A stretch of 64,000 bases of DNA, taken from the NCBI GenBank assembly GCA_964016885.1, contig OZ024741.1, positions 105,028,001 to 105,092,000 of the forward strand, read 5' to 3'. How positions within the stretch are numbered: position 1 is the first letter of the stretch; every line of letters starts with the position of its first letter. The position numbers and the translations under genes are program-made. The notes beneath the pieces are model-generated. The model was not told the origin of the DNA. It made no database searches and was given only the letters and a program-made list of their open reading frames with translations. Shown piece after piece: positions 49,344-64,000 of the stretch. The stretch comes from Eledone cirrhosa (taxonomy: Eukaryota).

Positions 49344-52300
49344 AAAATTGAACAGGAACAAAACAGAGAGGCAGTACGAACAAACGTTTATTAATTTCAC
49401 GCTCTTGTGAGTGGGGTGGTGGTGGGGAACGACGTTTCGGGCATAAGCCCTTCTTCAGGTGAAAAGTGTGTGGGAAGAGAGTTCAAAGAGTGTGTAGGGA
49501 GTGGTGGAGAGCCATATAGCAAAAAGGGGGTGAGAAGAAACGGTGCAAATGAAATTAAAAATAAAGGCATGATCAAAATAAAATTAAAATGTGGGAAAAC
49601 AGGTGGTGTAAAGGTGTGGCGCGTGTAGGGGTTGTGGCGGGTGGAGTGGGGAGAGGGAGACGGGGTGTCCGAGCGGGGAGGGCTGAAGGTGGTGTGTGTG
49701 TGTAGGTGTACGTGTGTGTGTGTGTGTGTGTGTATGTGAAAGCAAGGGTTGGGGGAAGAACGGGGTTGCATGTTCAGGAAGAGGTGTGTGTGGGGTGGGG
49801 TGTAGGTCGGAGTGTGTGTGCGTGTGTGGATAGAGGGGTGAGCTGGTCCTCACTCTCAACTGTTTCTCCTTCTCGGGTGAGTTTTAACAACAGGTCACGG
49901 GAGTAGCCATGGGTACAAGAATGGGCCCAAACTATGCCAACCTTTTTGTTGGCCATGTTGAGGCCCAAATCTTTGCCCAGTACACCGGCCCCACGCCCGA
50001 ACTGTACGGTCGTTACATCGACGACTGTATCGGAGCCACGACCCTCACCCGAGAACAGCTAGACTCCTTTCTCTCCTTCTTCTGCTCCTTCCACACCTCC
50101 CTCCACTTCACCACCTCTATCTCCACCACCCACGTCCACTTCTTAGACATCTCCGTCGCCTTCGAACCCTCCCACCACTCCCTCGTCACCTCCGCCTTCT
50201 TCAAACCCACCGACTCCCACTCCTACCTCGATTTCACCTCTTCCCACCCCACACACACTAAACACTCTATTCCCTACTCCCAACTCCTCAGGATCCGCCG
50301 CCTCTGTAGCCGAGATGCTGACTTTGAGTCCCAGGCCGTTTCCCTAGTCAGCCATTTCATCCGCAGAGGTTACCCCCTTCTCTCGTCCACACCGCTCTCA
50401 CCCGCGCACGTGCTGTCCACCGCTCCACCACCCTCACCCCACGCCACCGCACACCCACCCACCGTCTTCCCTTCCCCATCACCTACCACCCCTTCACCCT
50501 ACCCCTCCACCGCACCATCCTCCGCCTCTTCCGACGCCTCCAGTCCGACCCCTCCACTTCCCACATCTTACCAGCCCCACCACTCCTCTCCTTCAAACGC
50601 GCGCGCAATCTCCGCACCCTCCTCGTCCACAGCTCCCTCCCCGCCAACCCACGCTCCCCCCCCCGGTTCCCTTCCCTGTTCCAGGCCCCTTTGCAACACC
50701 TGTCCCCACATCACCAACACCACCACCTTCAAGGGTCCCAACGGCCATTCTCTCTCTGTCCGGCATGCCTTCCGCTGCACCTCCTCCCACCTAGTCTACG
50801 GACTTCGCAACCTACGTCGGACAGACTGGACGTCGCCTGGCGGACCGGTTTACCGAACACCTCCGGGATATTCGTCTCGGTAGTAGTTCCCCCATCGCCC
50901 GCCACTTTGGTGCCCCTGGACATTCCGCGCACCACCTCACAGTCTGTGGCCTATTCCAATGCCACGGAACACCGGCCACTCTCCTCAGGGTTGAACAACG
51001 AACCATCTTCACCCTACAGACCCACACTTCCCCCGGCCTGAACTCCCCACCCTTATCCCTTTAGCTTTCGACCGCCCCCTCCTCCCACACATATCCCCCA
51101 GTAACACCACTAACACACCCCTCCTTTTCACCGCTCAACCCACAACTAACAATACTAACACCTCCACCCCACACCCGACCACCCTTCCCCAACTAACATA
51201 CTAACATCCCTCCCTTCTTCTACCCCCCCCCCCCTCCCCTTATCACACGCACACACCCACCGGCACATATATACACGCGCTCACACTAAACACACACCCT
51301 ACTACCACCACTATCCCTCACCCCCACACAACCACCCCACCACCCCGAAACTAACATCACTAACACCCCGACCCCACGCACACGAACACACACACCCACT
51401 TACACCACCAACTCTACACGCAACTAACATCACTAACACCTCCCAACCCTACGCACACGAACACACACATCCACTTACACCGCCAACTTACACACCCTAC
51501 CACCACTAACCCCCACTCACACCCGCATTCAACCCTTTCCCCACCACCAGTATACTAACACCCACTAACACCCCCTTCACCACACATACACTCATCCAAA
51601 CACGCACACACACACACACCAGTACACTACACTCCCTCCACCGGCCCCCACACCCTTATCTCCCCGCTCCACCCACGCCCTTTCTCACACACACACACAT
51701 CCCACTAACACCTCTACTAATACACACACACCCCTCCTCACTCCAACTTTCACACCTACCCATCCTCTCCCCTGTCCACCGCACCTCCGCACACACTGAC
51801 ACACCGACTTTCTTCACTTACCATTCTCCCCGACTGCTGCTATGCCCTTATCTCTGACCACCTCCCCGCACACACAGACACACAACCCTCTTTCCTTCCT
51901 TGACCCTCTGACCACTTCCTGTTGCGCGCGCACCTCACTTCTCCCCTCTTCCGACCAACCCAACCACGGATTACACATATTGGACATCGATCTCTAGAAT
52001 CAACCACATCCCAAGGATATTACCAAGTGTTCCACCACATCCTCTACGGAACTACCTTAAGGACTCACCCATTGACATACAGTAAAAAAAAAAATTTTTC
52101 CACACGCCACCTACATCCACAACACGCATAAACACCACACACACGTGAATACCACCACATATTTACACACTCAGCCTCCGGAATCCCCCCCCCCCCACCC
52201 CTCTGACCCATCCCCATCCACACACGCACACACACACCGACCTACACCCTACCCCACACAACCTCTTCCTGAACATGCAACCCCGTTCTTCCCCCAACTC

Positions 52301-52702
52301 TTACTTTCACATACACACACACACACACACACACGTACACCTACACACACACACCACCTTCAGCCCTCCCCACTCTGACACCTCGCCTTCCTCTCCGCAC
52401 TCCACCCGCCACCACCCCTACACGCCCCACAACCTTCCACCACCTGTTTTACTTAATGTTTATTTTTATTTTTATTATGCTTTTATATTTAATTTCATTT
52501 GTACCGTTTCCTCTCACCCCCTTTTTTCTATATGTCTCTCCACCACTCCACCACACACCCTTGGAACTCTCTTCCCACACACTTTTCACCTGAAGAAGGG
52601 CTTATGCCCGAAACGTCGTTCCCCACCACCCCACTCTCAAGAGCGTGAAACTAATAAACCTTTGTTCGTACTGCCTCTCTTTGTTCCCGTTCAATTTTTT
52701 AC
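49339..52702 (+). mobile_element. 5'-truncated Penelope-like element (RT plus GIY-YIG) with inverted pLTRs
   Basis: GVAMGTRMGPNYANLF, RYIDD, FLDI, KPTD...YL...SSHP and YVGQTGR.L..RF.EH at 49840-51062. The pLTR at 49339-49845 is an inverted copy of 52205-52702. Confidence 0.92.
52587..52620 (+). ncRNA. Minimal Penelope-type hammerhead (mirror copy at 49428-49461, minus strand)
   Basis: AC-CTGAAGA-A-GGGC-TTAT-GCCC-GAAA-CG-TC-GT, with a palindromic ACGT stem III. Confidence 0.8.
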
Positions 52703-52999
52703 TATATATATATATATATATGTGAAAACAGGGAGAAAGAGACGATTATTAGGAAGAAAAATATATGTTTTTCCTTTTTTATTTCTTTCTCTCTTTTTTC
52801 TGGGTTAGAAAATGATTAAAATGAAATGTTTTACTTTGTGTGAAGTGTTAAGGTATTAGTTGATTTATTTATTAATTAACAATGGTATTTATTTATCTAT
52901 TTATATATTTAATAATTGTCTATTACCGGTTTCAGCATTTTTATGCATTATCAAATGATAGTGACATGTATTGGTGTAGAATGGTGGTGTTGCACATGT

Positions 53000-53053
<54 letters not shown>

Positions 53054-53227
53054 TTGGCTGCTATTTTTTTAGTAGTAATTGTAGACAGCAAGTCTTTGAT
53101 TTTCCCGCTTTTACTTCGGTCCAGTTTACATACGGGTCACTTTTACGACCTTTCAGACCTTTATTAGCTGGCAGGAGGTTGTATATTTTGTCGTTCCTGG
53201 GACGTTTAGCCCTAGGAAGGGAAAATG

Positions 53228-53307
53228 CTTCTCTGATGAGCTTTGGTTTTCCATCATAAATCCATCGGATTTATGAGGTTTTACAAAGCGAAACTGATCA
53301 GTAAGGG
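53228..53307 (+). ncRNA. Type I hammerhead ribozyme
   Basis: TTCT-CTGATGA-GCTTTG...TCATAAATCC-ATC-GGATTTATGA...CAAAGC-GAAA-CTGATCAG-TA-AGGG; canonical core and palindromic stem III. Confidence 0.82.
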
Positions 53308-53401
53308 CCACTAGAAGAGGTAAATATTTATATTATATTTTTAATGTTTTTTTAATGTATTTTGAAAAATTGATTGAATTTTACTTGTTCTGCTTATCTT
53401 A

Positions 53402-53491
<90 letters not shown>

Positions 53492-53830
53492 AGATCAAAA
53501 GATGGTTAAAGGAGTTCCATATATTTTATTATGCGCATTTCAAAAACAAACATCATCAAACAATAATATTTGTGTTTTCATCAGATAAAACAGGAGAACA
53601 TGATATGAAGGCTTAAAAACACTTGTTGATAGTGCAGTTTTAAATCAACATATGAAAAGTGGTTTTAGATTGATGTGTGATATTGGGAAAAATATACTCC
53701 AGTCCCACAAACTGTAGAGTGCTTCTTATCCGATATCTGCATTGCTTTATTGTACTACAATAAAACTCACCTCCTACATATATATATATATATATCCTAA
53801 CTCGTGTGCTTCCTCTCCACATTTTATTAT

Positions 53831-54012
53831 TGTGGATTGGCAGTATCGGTAGAGGGTTGGACACCATGCTTTCTAGCATAGTTACGTCCCTTTACAGTCT
53901 GAGTTCAAATCCCGCCGAGGTTAACTTTGCCTTTCATCCTTACGGGGTCGATAAAATAAAGTACCAGTAATGTACTGGGTAATTGCTGGCCTTGTGCCTA
54001 AAGTAGAAACAA
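53831..54012 (+). mobile_element. tRNA-derived SINE, near full length
   Basis: A-box-like TGGCAGTATCGG and B-box GAGTTCAAATCCC; closely matches 36903-37083; ends in (ATT)n. Confidence 0.88.
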
Positions 54013-54934
54013 TTATTATTTTATATATATATATAATTGATTGAAAGATAAAAATTGGTAAAGTTATAGAACGAACCAATTCATCGAAGGTATAATTAGC
54101 AGGTAAATAAATTTAGGATATTTTACGAGTGCAAGGACACAGAGCATTTAAATAATAAATCCAAAAGTTTGGAAGGAATTTAAGACATTTTTATTTTCAT
54201 TCTTCTTACACGCGTTTCATCAAATGAAATGTGAAAAATATAGGTAACGCAGGAGTTTAGTTAAGCAAATATTCTAGTACATTTAATTAAATCCATATAC
54301 TAAGATCCAAGCATAAAACCCAAAACTTTCCTCAACATATATTTTACACATCTCGTTTGTATTTTCAGAGAAGTTTTTTAAAATATACATAAATTTAAGA
54401 AAAGCAAATCACCTATGGAAGAGTATCACAATATTTAAAAGTTATTTAAACAATACAGCAGATACTTATAAAACTCGCAATGCTTTTTCCCCATGTTTTA
54501 TAGTATATCATCTGACCTAGCTGCAACTCCGTATATTACTGTTACGACATTTGTTAACGTCTCAACCAATAAATAGCCTGTCTCTATGTGGTCGATTAGA
54601 CTATTAGAAATAGCAGCCAAATCACGTGCTACCGTCTTTAAAAAGGCAGGATATATTAGACAATGTAGTCTCATCTGAAATATATATTAATCTTATTCAG
54701 ACTAGTGTTTCTTCCTTGCGGTTATAATCACAATCTGCCGGCTGTTGTACCCTTCCACCTTTTTCAGGTGCCGATCCTATTTGGTAACGTCCTTGAAACT
54801 TTGAATGAATTCTTTATTCAAAACTACATTCTTTTGATTGTTTTCATTCGGTTTTCCATGTTTGGGGCATTCTCGTATTAATGTGTAACCTGTGATATCG
54901 CTTGCTTGTTCCACTTAAACTAAATTGTTTTATG

Positions 54935-55375
54935 AAAATGGTTTCTAATTTAGACACCAGACCAGAAATTTTAGAGAAGAGGAAATTCGTTTTTATCAAT
55001 ATCAGTACTTGACTGGTGATTTATTTTATCAACTCCAGGAAAGATAAGAAGCAAAGTTGACCTTGATGAAGTTTGAACTCACAAGATAAAAACAGGAACA
55101 AATATTGCAAAGCATTCTTCCCTACATTCTAACGATTTTGAAATCAGTTTATAAAGATGATTTCTTATTTTGGCACAAGGCCAGCAAATGAAAGGGGATA
55201 GTCGATTAAATTGACACCAGTACTTTATAGGTACTTTATTTTATCGAACACTAAATGAGGCAAGGCAAAGATGACCTCGCTGAAATTTGAATTCAGAACG
55301 TAAAGAGCTACAACAAATACCACAAAGCATTTATCCAATGCCCTATCGATTCTGCCAGTCCACCACACTTAGTGT
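54935..55375 (-). mobile_element. Two older tandem SINE copies (~54935-55140 and ~55160-55375)
   Basis: Each has GGCACAAGGCCAGCAA-like, TTATTTTATC, GCAAAG.TGACCT and TTTGAA.TCA strings. Confidence 0.7.
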
Positions 55376-55569
55376 AAGTTTATAATAGTGATAACTCCTC
55401 ATCTTAGAAAAGCAGCCATAATTTAGACTTTTTTGGTATGGTTATGGCTGGAATTACACTGAATCCTAGGTTTCCAACGTCACGGCTATTCCGAGGTTTT
55501 AAACAACAACTATACAAGTATGAAAGGCAAAATGTATCACAGCAAGATTTGAACTAAAAGAAACTGTGA

Positions 55570-58500
55570 CTTATTAAGTGTCAGTATTTAGAAGAGCCAA
55601 TCCTTGACACTACTGCTGAGGAAACCTCCACTACCAACACCAACACCACTTATACCACAACCAATAAAAACACCATCACTACCACCAACAAGAACACAAC
55701 CGCCACTGACAACATCACTACTAGCATCACCCCCGCCAACAGCAGCACCGGAATCACTCCCATCACCATCGCCACCAACTTCACCACAAACACTATCACC
55801 CGCAACACCATCATAAATACCAACACGAACACCATCAACACCAACACGATCACCACCACCACCATCATCACCTCCAACACCAGCACCAGCACCACCAACA
55901 CCAGCACCAACAACACCAGCACCATCACCTCCAGCACTAGCACCATCAACACCTTCAGCACCAATACCAGAACCAACAACACCACCAACACCAACACCAG
56001 CACCACCAACACCATCAACACCAACACCAGCACCACCAACACCAGCACTATCACTACCAACACCAGCACCACCAACACCACCAACACCAACATCAGCACC
56101 ATCACCACCAACACCAGCACCACCAACACCAGCACCACCAACACCAGCACCATCACTACCAACACCAGCACCACCAACACCACCAACACCACCAAAACCA
56201 ACACCACCAACACCAGCACCACCAACACCAACACCACCAACACCAGCACCACCAACACCAGCACCACCAACACCACCAACACACACACCAGCAACACCAA
56301 CACCACCAACACCAACACCAGCAACACCAGCACCACCAACACCACCAACACCAGCACCACCAACACCAGCACCATCACTACCAACACCAGCACCACCAAC
56401 ACCACCAACACCAACACCACCAACACCAACACCACCAACACCAGCACCACCAACACCAACACCACCAACACCAACACCACCAACACCAACACCACCAACA
56501 CCAGCACAATCACCACCCACACCAGCACCACCCACACCAGCACCACCAACACCAGCACCGCCAACACCAACACCACCAACACCAGCACCACCCACACCAG
56601 CACCACCAACACCAACACCACCAACACCAGCACCGCCAACACCAACACCACCAACACCAGCACCGCCAACACCAGCACCACCAACACCACCAACACCACC
56701 AACACCAACACCAACACCACCAACACCAGCACAATCACCACCCACACCAGCACCACCCACACCAGCACCACCAACACCAGCACCACCAACACCAACACCA
56801 GCACCACCCACACCAGCAACACCACCAACACCAACACCACCAACACCAGCACCACCCACACCAGCACCACCAACACCAGCACCACCAACACCAGCACCAC
56901 CAACACCAGCACCACCCACACCAGCAACACCACCAACACCAACACCACCAACACCAGCACCACCCACACCAGCACCACCAACACCAGCACCACCAACACC
57001 CGCAACACCCACACCAGCAACACCACCAACACCAACACCACCAACACCAACACCACCAACACCAGCACCGCCAACACCACCAACACCAACACCACCAACA
57101 CCACCAACACCAACACCAGCAACACCACCAACACCAACAGCACCCACACCAGCACCACCAACACCAGCACCACCAACACCAGCACCACCCACACCAACAC
57201 CACCAACACCAACACCAACACCACCAACACCAGCACCACCAACACCAGCACCAGCAACACCAGCAACACCAACACCAGCACCACCAACACCAACACCACC
57301 AACACCAACACCAACAACACCAGCAACACCAACACAAGCACCACCAACACCAACACCACCAACACCAACACCACCAACACCAACACCACCAACACCAGCA
57401 CCACCAACACCAGCACCGCCAACACCAGCACCACCAACACCAGCACCGCCAACACCAACACCAACAACACCAGCAACACCAACACCAGCAACACCAACAC
57501 CAGCTCCACCAACACCAACACCACCAACACCAACACCAACAACACCAGCAACACCAACAACAACAACAACACCACCAACACCAACACCAGCAACACCAAC
57601 ACCAGCACCATCAACACCAGCACCGCCAACACCAACACCAACAACACCAGCAACACCAACACCAGCAACACCAACACCAGCACCACCAACACCAACACCA
57701 CCAACACCAACAACAACAACAACACCGCCAACACCAACACCAACAACACCAGCACCACCAACACCATCAACACCAACACCAGCACCACCAACACCAACAT
57801 CACCAACACCAACACCAACAACACCAGCAACACCAACACAAGCACTACCAACACCAACACCACCAACACCAACACCACCAACACCAGCACCACCAACACC
57901 AGCACCGCCAACACCAACACCAACAACACCAACACCAGCACCACCAACACCAACACCACCAACACCAGCACCACCAACACCAGCACCGCCAACACCAACA
58001 CCAACAACACCACCAACACCAACACCACCAACACCAGCACCACCAACACCAGCACCACCAACACCAGCACCACCAACACCAGCACCACCAACACCACCAA
58101 CACCAACACCACCAACACCAACACCACCAACACCAGCACCACCAACACCAGCACCACCAACACCAGCACCGCCAACACCAACACCAACAACACCAGCAAC
58201 GCCAACACAAGCACCACCAACACCAACGCCACCAACACCAACACCACCAACACCAGCACCACCAACACCAGCACCGCCAACACCAACACCAACAACACCA
58301 GCACCACCAACACCAGCACCACCAACACCAACACCACCAACACCAGCACCACCAACACCATCACCGCCAACACCAACACCAACAACACCAGCAACACCAA
58401 CACAAGCACCACCAACACCAGCACCACCAACACCAACACCACCAACACCAGCACCACCAACACCAGCACCGCCAACACCAACACCAACAACACCAGCAAC

Positions 58501-61500
58501 ACCAACACAAGCACCACCAACACCAGCACCACCAACACCAGCACCACCAACACCACCAACACCAACACCACCAACACCAGCAGCACCAACACCAACACCT
58601 CCAACACCAGCAACAACAACACCACCAACACCAACACCAACAACACCAGCAACACCAACACCAGCAACACCAACACGAGCACCACCAACACCAACACCAC
58701 CAACACCAACACCAACAACACCAGCAACACCAACACCAGCAACACCAACACGAGCACCACCAACACCAGCACCACCAACACCAGCACCACCAACACCAGC
58801 ACCGCCAACACCAACACCACCAACACCAACACCACCAACACCAGCACCACAAACACCAGCACCACCAACACCAGCACCGCCAACACCAACACCACCAGCA
58901 CCTCCAACACCAGCAACAACAACACCACCAACACCAACACCACCAACACCAACACCACCAACACCAGCACCACCAACACCAGCACCAAAAACACCAGCAC
59001 CACCAACACCACCAACACCTGCACCACCAACACCACCAACACCAGCAACACCAACACCAACACCAGCACCACCAACACCAGCACCACCAACACCACCAAC
59101 ACCAGCACCACCAACACCAGCACCAACAACACCAGCACCACCAACACCAACACCACCAACACCACCAACGCCAACACCAGCACCACCAACACCAGCACCA
59201 CCAACACCAGCACCACCAACACCAACACCACCAACACCACCACCACCAACACCAGCACCACCAACACCAACACCAGCACCACCAACACCACCACCACCAA
59301 CACCAGCACCACCAACAGCAGCACCACCAACAGCACCAACACCAGCAACACCAACACCAACACCACCAACACCACCAACACCACCAACACCAACACCACC
59401 AACACCAACACCAGCACCACCAACAGCACCAACACCAGCAACACCAACACCAACACCACCAACACAAACACCACCAACACCACCAACACCAACACCACCA
59501 ACACCAACAAAATCACCACCAACACCAACACCACCAACACCAACACCAACACCAGCACCAACACCAGCAACACCAACACAATCACCACCAACACCAGCAC
59601 CACCAACACCAGCACCACCAACACCAACACCAGCACCACCAACACCATCACCACCAACAGCACAAACACCAGCAACACCAACACAATCACCACCAACACC
59701 AGCACGACCAACACCAACACCACCAACACCACCAACACCAACACCACCAACACCAACACCAGCAACACCACCAACACAAATACCACCAACACCAGCACCA
59801 CCAACACCAACACCACCAACACCACCAACACCAACACCACCAACACCAACACCAGCAACACCACCAACACGAGCACCACCAACACCAGCACCACCAACAC
59901 CACCAACACCAACAGCACCGACACCAGCACCACCAACATCAACACCACCAACACCACCAACACCAACACCACCAACACCAGCAACACCAGCACCAGCACC
60001 AACAACACCATCACCACCAACAGCACCAACACCAGCAACACCAACACCACCAACACCGCCAACACCAACAGCACCGACACCAGCACCACCAACACCAACA
60101 CCACCAACACCACCAACACTAACACCACCAACACCAGCAACACCAGCACCAGCACCAACAACACCAGCAACACCAACACCAGCACCACCAAAACCAGCAC
60201 CAACACCAACACAAGCACCACCAACACCAACACCACCAACACCAACACCAACAACACCAACAACACCAACACCACCAACACCAACACCACCAACACCAAC
60301 ACCAACAACACCAACAACACCAACACCACCAACACCAACACCACCAACACCAACACCACCAACACCAACACCACCAACACCAACACCACCAACACCACCA
60401 ACACCAGCACCACCAACACCAGCACCGCCAACACCAACACCAACACCACCAACACCAACACCAGCAACACCAACACCAGCACCACCAACACCACCACCAC
60501 CAACACCAACACCAACAACACCAGCAACACCAACACAAGCACCACCAACACCAACACCACCAACACCAACACCAACAACACCAACAACACCAACACCACC
60601 AACACCAACACCACCAACACCAACACCACCAACACCAACACCAACAAAATCAGCAACACCAACACAAGCACTACCAACACCAACACCACCAACACCAACA
60701 CCACCAACACCAGCACCACCAACACCAGCACCGCCAACACCAACACCAACAACACCAGCAACACCAACACAAGCACCACCAACACCAACACCACCAACAC
60801 CAACACCAACAACACCAGCAACACCAACACCAGCAACACCAACACGAGCACCACCAACACCAACACCACCAACACCAACACCAACAACACCAGCAACACC
60901 AACACCAGCACCACCAACACCAGCACCGCCAACACCAACACCACCAACACCAACACCACCAACACCAGCACCACAAACACCAGCACCACCAACACCAGCA
61001 CCGCCAACACCAACACCACCAACACCTCCAACACCAGCAACAACAACACCACCAACACCAACACCACCAACACCAGCACCATCACTACCAACACCAGCAC
61101 CACCAACACCACCAACACCAACACCACCAACACCAACACCACCAACACCAGCACCACCAACACCAACACCACCAACACCAACACCACCAACACCAACACC
61201 ACCAACACCAGCACAATCACCACCCACACCAGCACCACCCACACCAGCACCACCAACACCAGCACCGCCAACACCAACACCACCAACACCAGCACCACCC
61301 ACACCAGCACCACCAACACCAACACCACCAACACCAGCACCGCCAACACCAACACCACCAACACCAGCACCGCCAACACCAGCACCACCAACACCACCAA
61401 CACCACCAACACCAACACCAACACCACCAACACCAGCACAATCACCACCCACACCAGCACCACCCACACCAGCACCACCAACACCAGCACCACCAACACC

Positions 61501-64000
61501 AACACCAGCACCACCCACACCAGCAACACCACCAACACCAACACCACCAACACCAGCACCACCCACACCAGCACCACCAACACCAGCACCACCAACACCA
61601 GCACCACCAACACCAGCACCACCCACACCAGCAACACCACCAACACCAACACCACCAACACCAGCACCACCCACACCAGCACCACCAACACCAGCACCAC
61701 CAACACCCGCAACACCCACACCAGCAACACCACCAACACCAACACCACCAACACCAACACCACCAACACCAGCACCGCCAACACCACCAACACCAACACC
61801 ACCAACACCACCAACACCAACACCAGCAACACCACCAACACCAACAGCACCCACACCAGCACCACCAACACCAGCACCACCAACACCAGCACCACCCACA
61901 CCAACACCACCAACACCAACACCAACACCACCAACACCAGCACCACCAACACCAGCACCAGCAACACCAGCAACACCAACACCAGCACCACCAACACCAA
62001 CACCACCAACACCAACACCAACAACACCAGCAACACCAACACAAGCACCACCAACACCAACACCACCAACACCAACACCACCAACACCAACACCACCAAC
62101 ACCAGCACCACCAACACCAGCACCGCCAACACCAGCACCACCAACACCAGCACCGCCAACACCAACACCAACAACACCAGCAACACCAACACCAGCAACA
62201 CCAACACCAGCTCCACCAACACCAACACCACCAACACCAACACCAACAACACCAGCAACACCAACAACAACAACAACACCACCAACACCAACACCAGCAA
62301 CACCAACACCAGCACCATCAACACCAGCACCGCCAACACCAACACCAACAACACCAGCAACACCAACACCAGCAACACCAACACCAGCACCACCAACACC
62401 AACACCACCAACACCAACAACAACAACAACACCGCCAACACCAACACCAACAACACCAGCACCACCAACACCATCAACACCAACACCAGCACCACCAACA
62501 CCAACACCACCAACACCAACACCAACAACACCAGCAACACCAACACAAGCACTACCAACACCAACACCACCAAAACCAACACCACCAACACCAGCACCAC
62601 CAACACCAGCACCGCCAACACCAACACCAACAACACCAACACCAGCACCACCAACACCAACACCACCAACACCAGCACCACCAACACCAGCACCGCCAAC
62701 ACCAACACCAACAACACCACCAACACCAACACCACCAACACCAGCACCACCAACACCAGCACCACCAACACCAGCACCACCAACACCAGCACCACCAACA
62801 CCACCAACACCAACACCACCAACACCAACACCACCAACACCAGCACCACCAACACCAGCACCACCAACACCAGCACCGCCAACACCAACACCAACAACAC
62901 CAGCAACGCCAACACAAGCACCACCAACACCAACGCCACCAACACCAACACCACCAACACCAGCACCACCAACACCAGCACCGCCAACACCAACACCAAC
63001 AACACCAGCACCACCAACACCAGCACCACCAACACCAACACCACCAACACCAGCACCACCAACACCATCACCGCCAACACCAACACCAACAACACCAGCA
63101 ACACCAACACAAGCACCACCAACACCAGCACCACCAACACCAACACCACCAACACCAGCACCACCAACACCAGCACCGCCAACACCAACACCAACAACAC
63201 CAGCAACACCAACACAAGCACCACCAACACCAGCACCACCAACACCAGCACCACCAACACCACCAACACCAACACCACCAACACCAGCAGCACCAACACC
63301 AACACCTCCAACACCAGCAACAACAACACCACCAACACCAACACCAACAACACCAGCAACACCAACACCAGCAACACCAACACGAGCACCACCAACACCA
63401 ACACCACCAACACCAACACCAACAACACCAGCAACACCAACACCAGCAACACCAACACGAGCACCACCAACACCAGCACCACCAACACCAGCACCACCAA
63501 CACCAGCACCGCCAACACCAACACCACCAACACCAACACCACCAACACCAGCACCACAAACACCAGCACCACCAACACCAGCACCGCCAACACCAACACC
63601 ACCAGCACCTCCAACACCAGCAACAACAACACCACCAACACCAACACCACCAACACCAACACCACCAACACCAGCACCACCAACACCAGCACCAAAAACA
63701 CCAGCACCACCAACACCACCAACACCTGCACCACCAACACCACCAACACCAGCAACACCAACACCAACACCAGCACCACCAACACCAGCACCACCAACAC
63801 CACCAACACCAGCACCACCAACACCAGCACCAACAACACCAGCACCACCAACACCAACACCACCAACACCACCAACGCCAACACCAGCACCACCAACACC
63901 AGCACCACCAACACCAGCACCACCAACACCAACACCACCAACACCACCACCACCAACACCAGCACCACCAACACCAACACCAGCACCACCAACACCACCA
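55570..64000 (+). CDS. Putative giant exon encoding a Thr/Asn/Ser-rich mucin-like region (no ATG; would have to be spliced)
   Basis: The frame starting at 55570 reads ...[33 protein letters not shown]... and shows no stop to the window end. AG dinucleotides at 55583-84 and 55590-91 are weak candidate acceptors. Low T content makes stops rare anyway. Confidence 0.4.
55620..64000. repeat. ACC/AAC/AGC triplet-based tandem array (>8.3 kb, runs off the window) with a 4,707-bp higher-order duplication
   Basis: Read directly. Diagnostic variants recur 4707 bp apart (ATCACTA at 56374 and 61081; ORF ends at 56510/61217, 57845/62552 and 58361/63068). Confidence 0.97.

Noticed and set aside
54690-54915. 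Short minus-strand reading frames suggesting a host exon
   Set aside because: The region better fits a decayed Penelope-type pLTR with a degenerate hammerhead (CAC-CTGAAAA...GATT-GTG).
55650-63998. 2782-aa Leu/Val ORF and the Trp/Cys ORFs
   Set aside because: These have implausible compositions and are alternative frames of the triplet array.

Overview
Eukaryotic (metazoan) DNA that is AT-rich and saturated with microsatellites; the SINE and microsatellite content suggests an octopus or other cephalopod (inference). Almost the whole window is transposon-derived. A ~25 kb block (21.3-46.9 kb) is a chain of non-LTR retrotransposons, mostly separated by (TAA)n tracts. It holds three near-full-length L1/Tx1-type LINEs on the minus strand (APE-RT-CCHC ORF2, zinc-knuckle ORF1) and two R4/Dong-type RLE LINEs on the plus strand. 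Elsewhere there are Penelope-like elements with inverted pLTRs, about a dozen type I hammerhead ribozyme motifs (some degenerate) from several families, tRNA-derived SINEs, RTE/CR1/mariner relics and a MITE. The last 8.4 kb is an ACC/AAC/AGC triplet array with a 4,707-bp higher-order duplication. One codon register stays open on both strands, giving a Thr/Asn/Ser mucin-like reading on + and a Gly/Val/Ala reading on -. No host gene could be identified with confidence. All calls were made by eye, and element boundaries are approximate.
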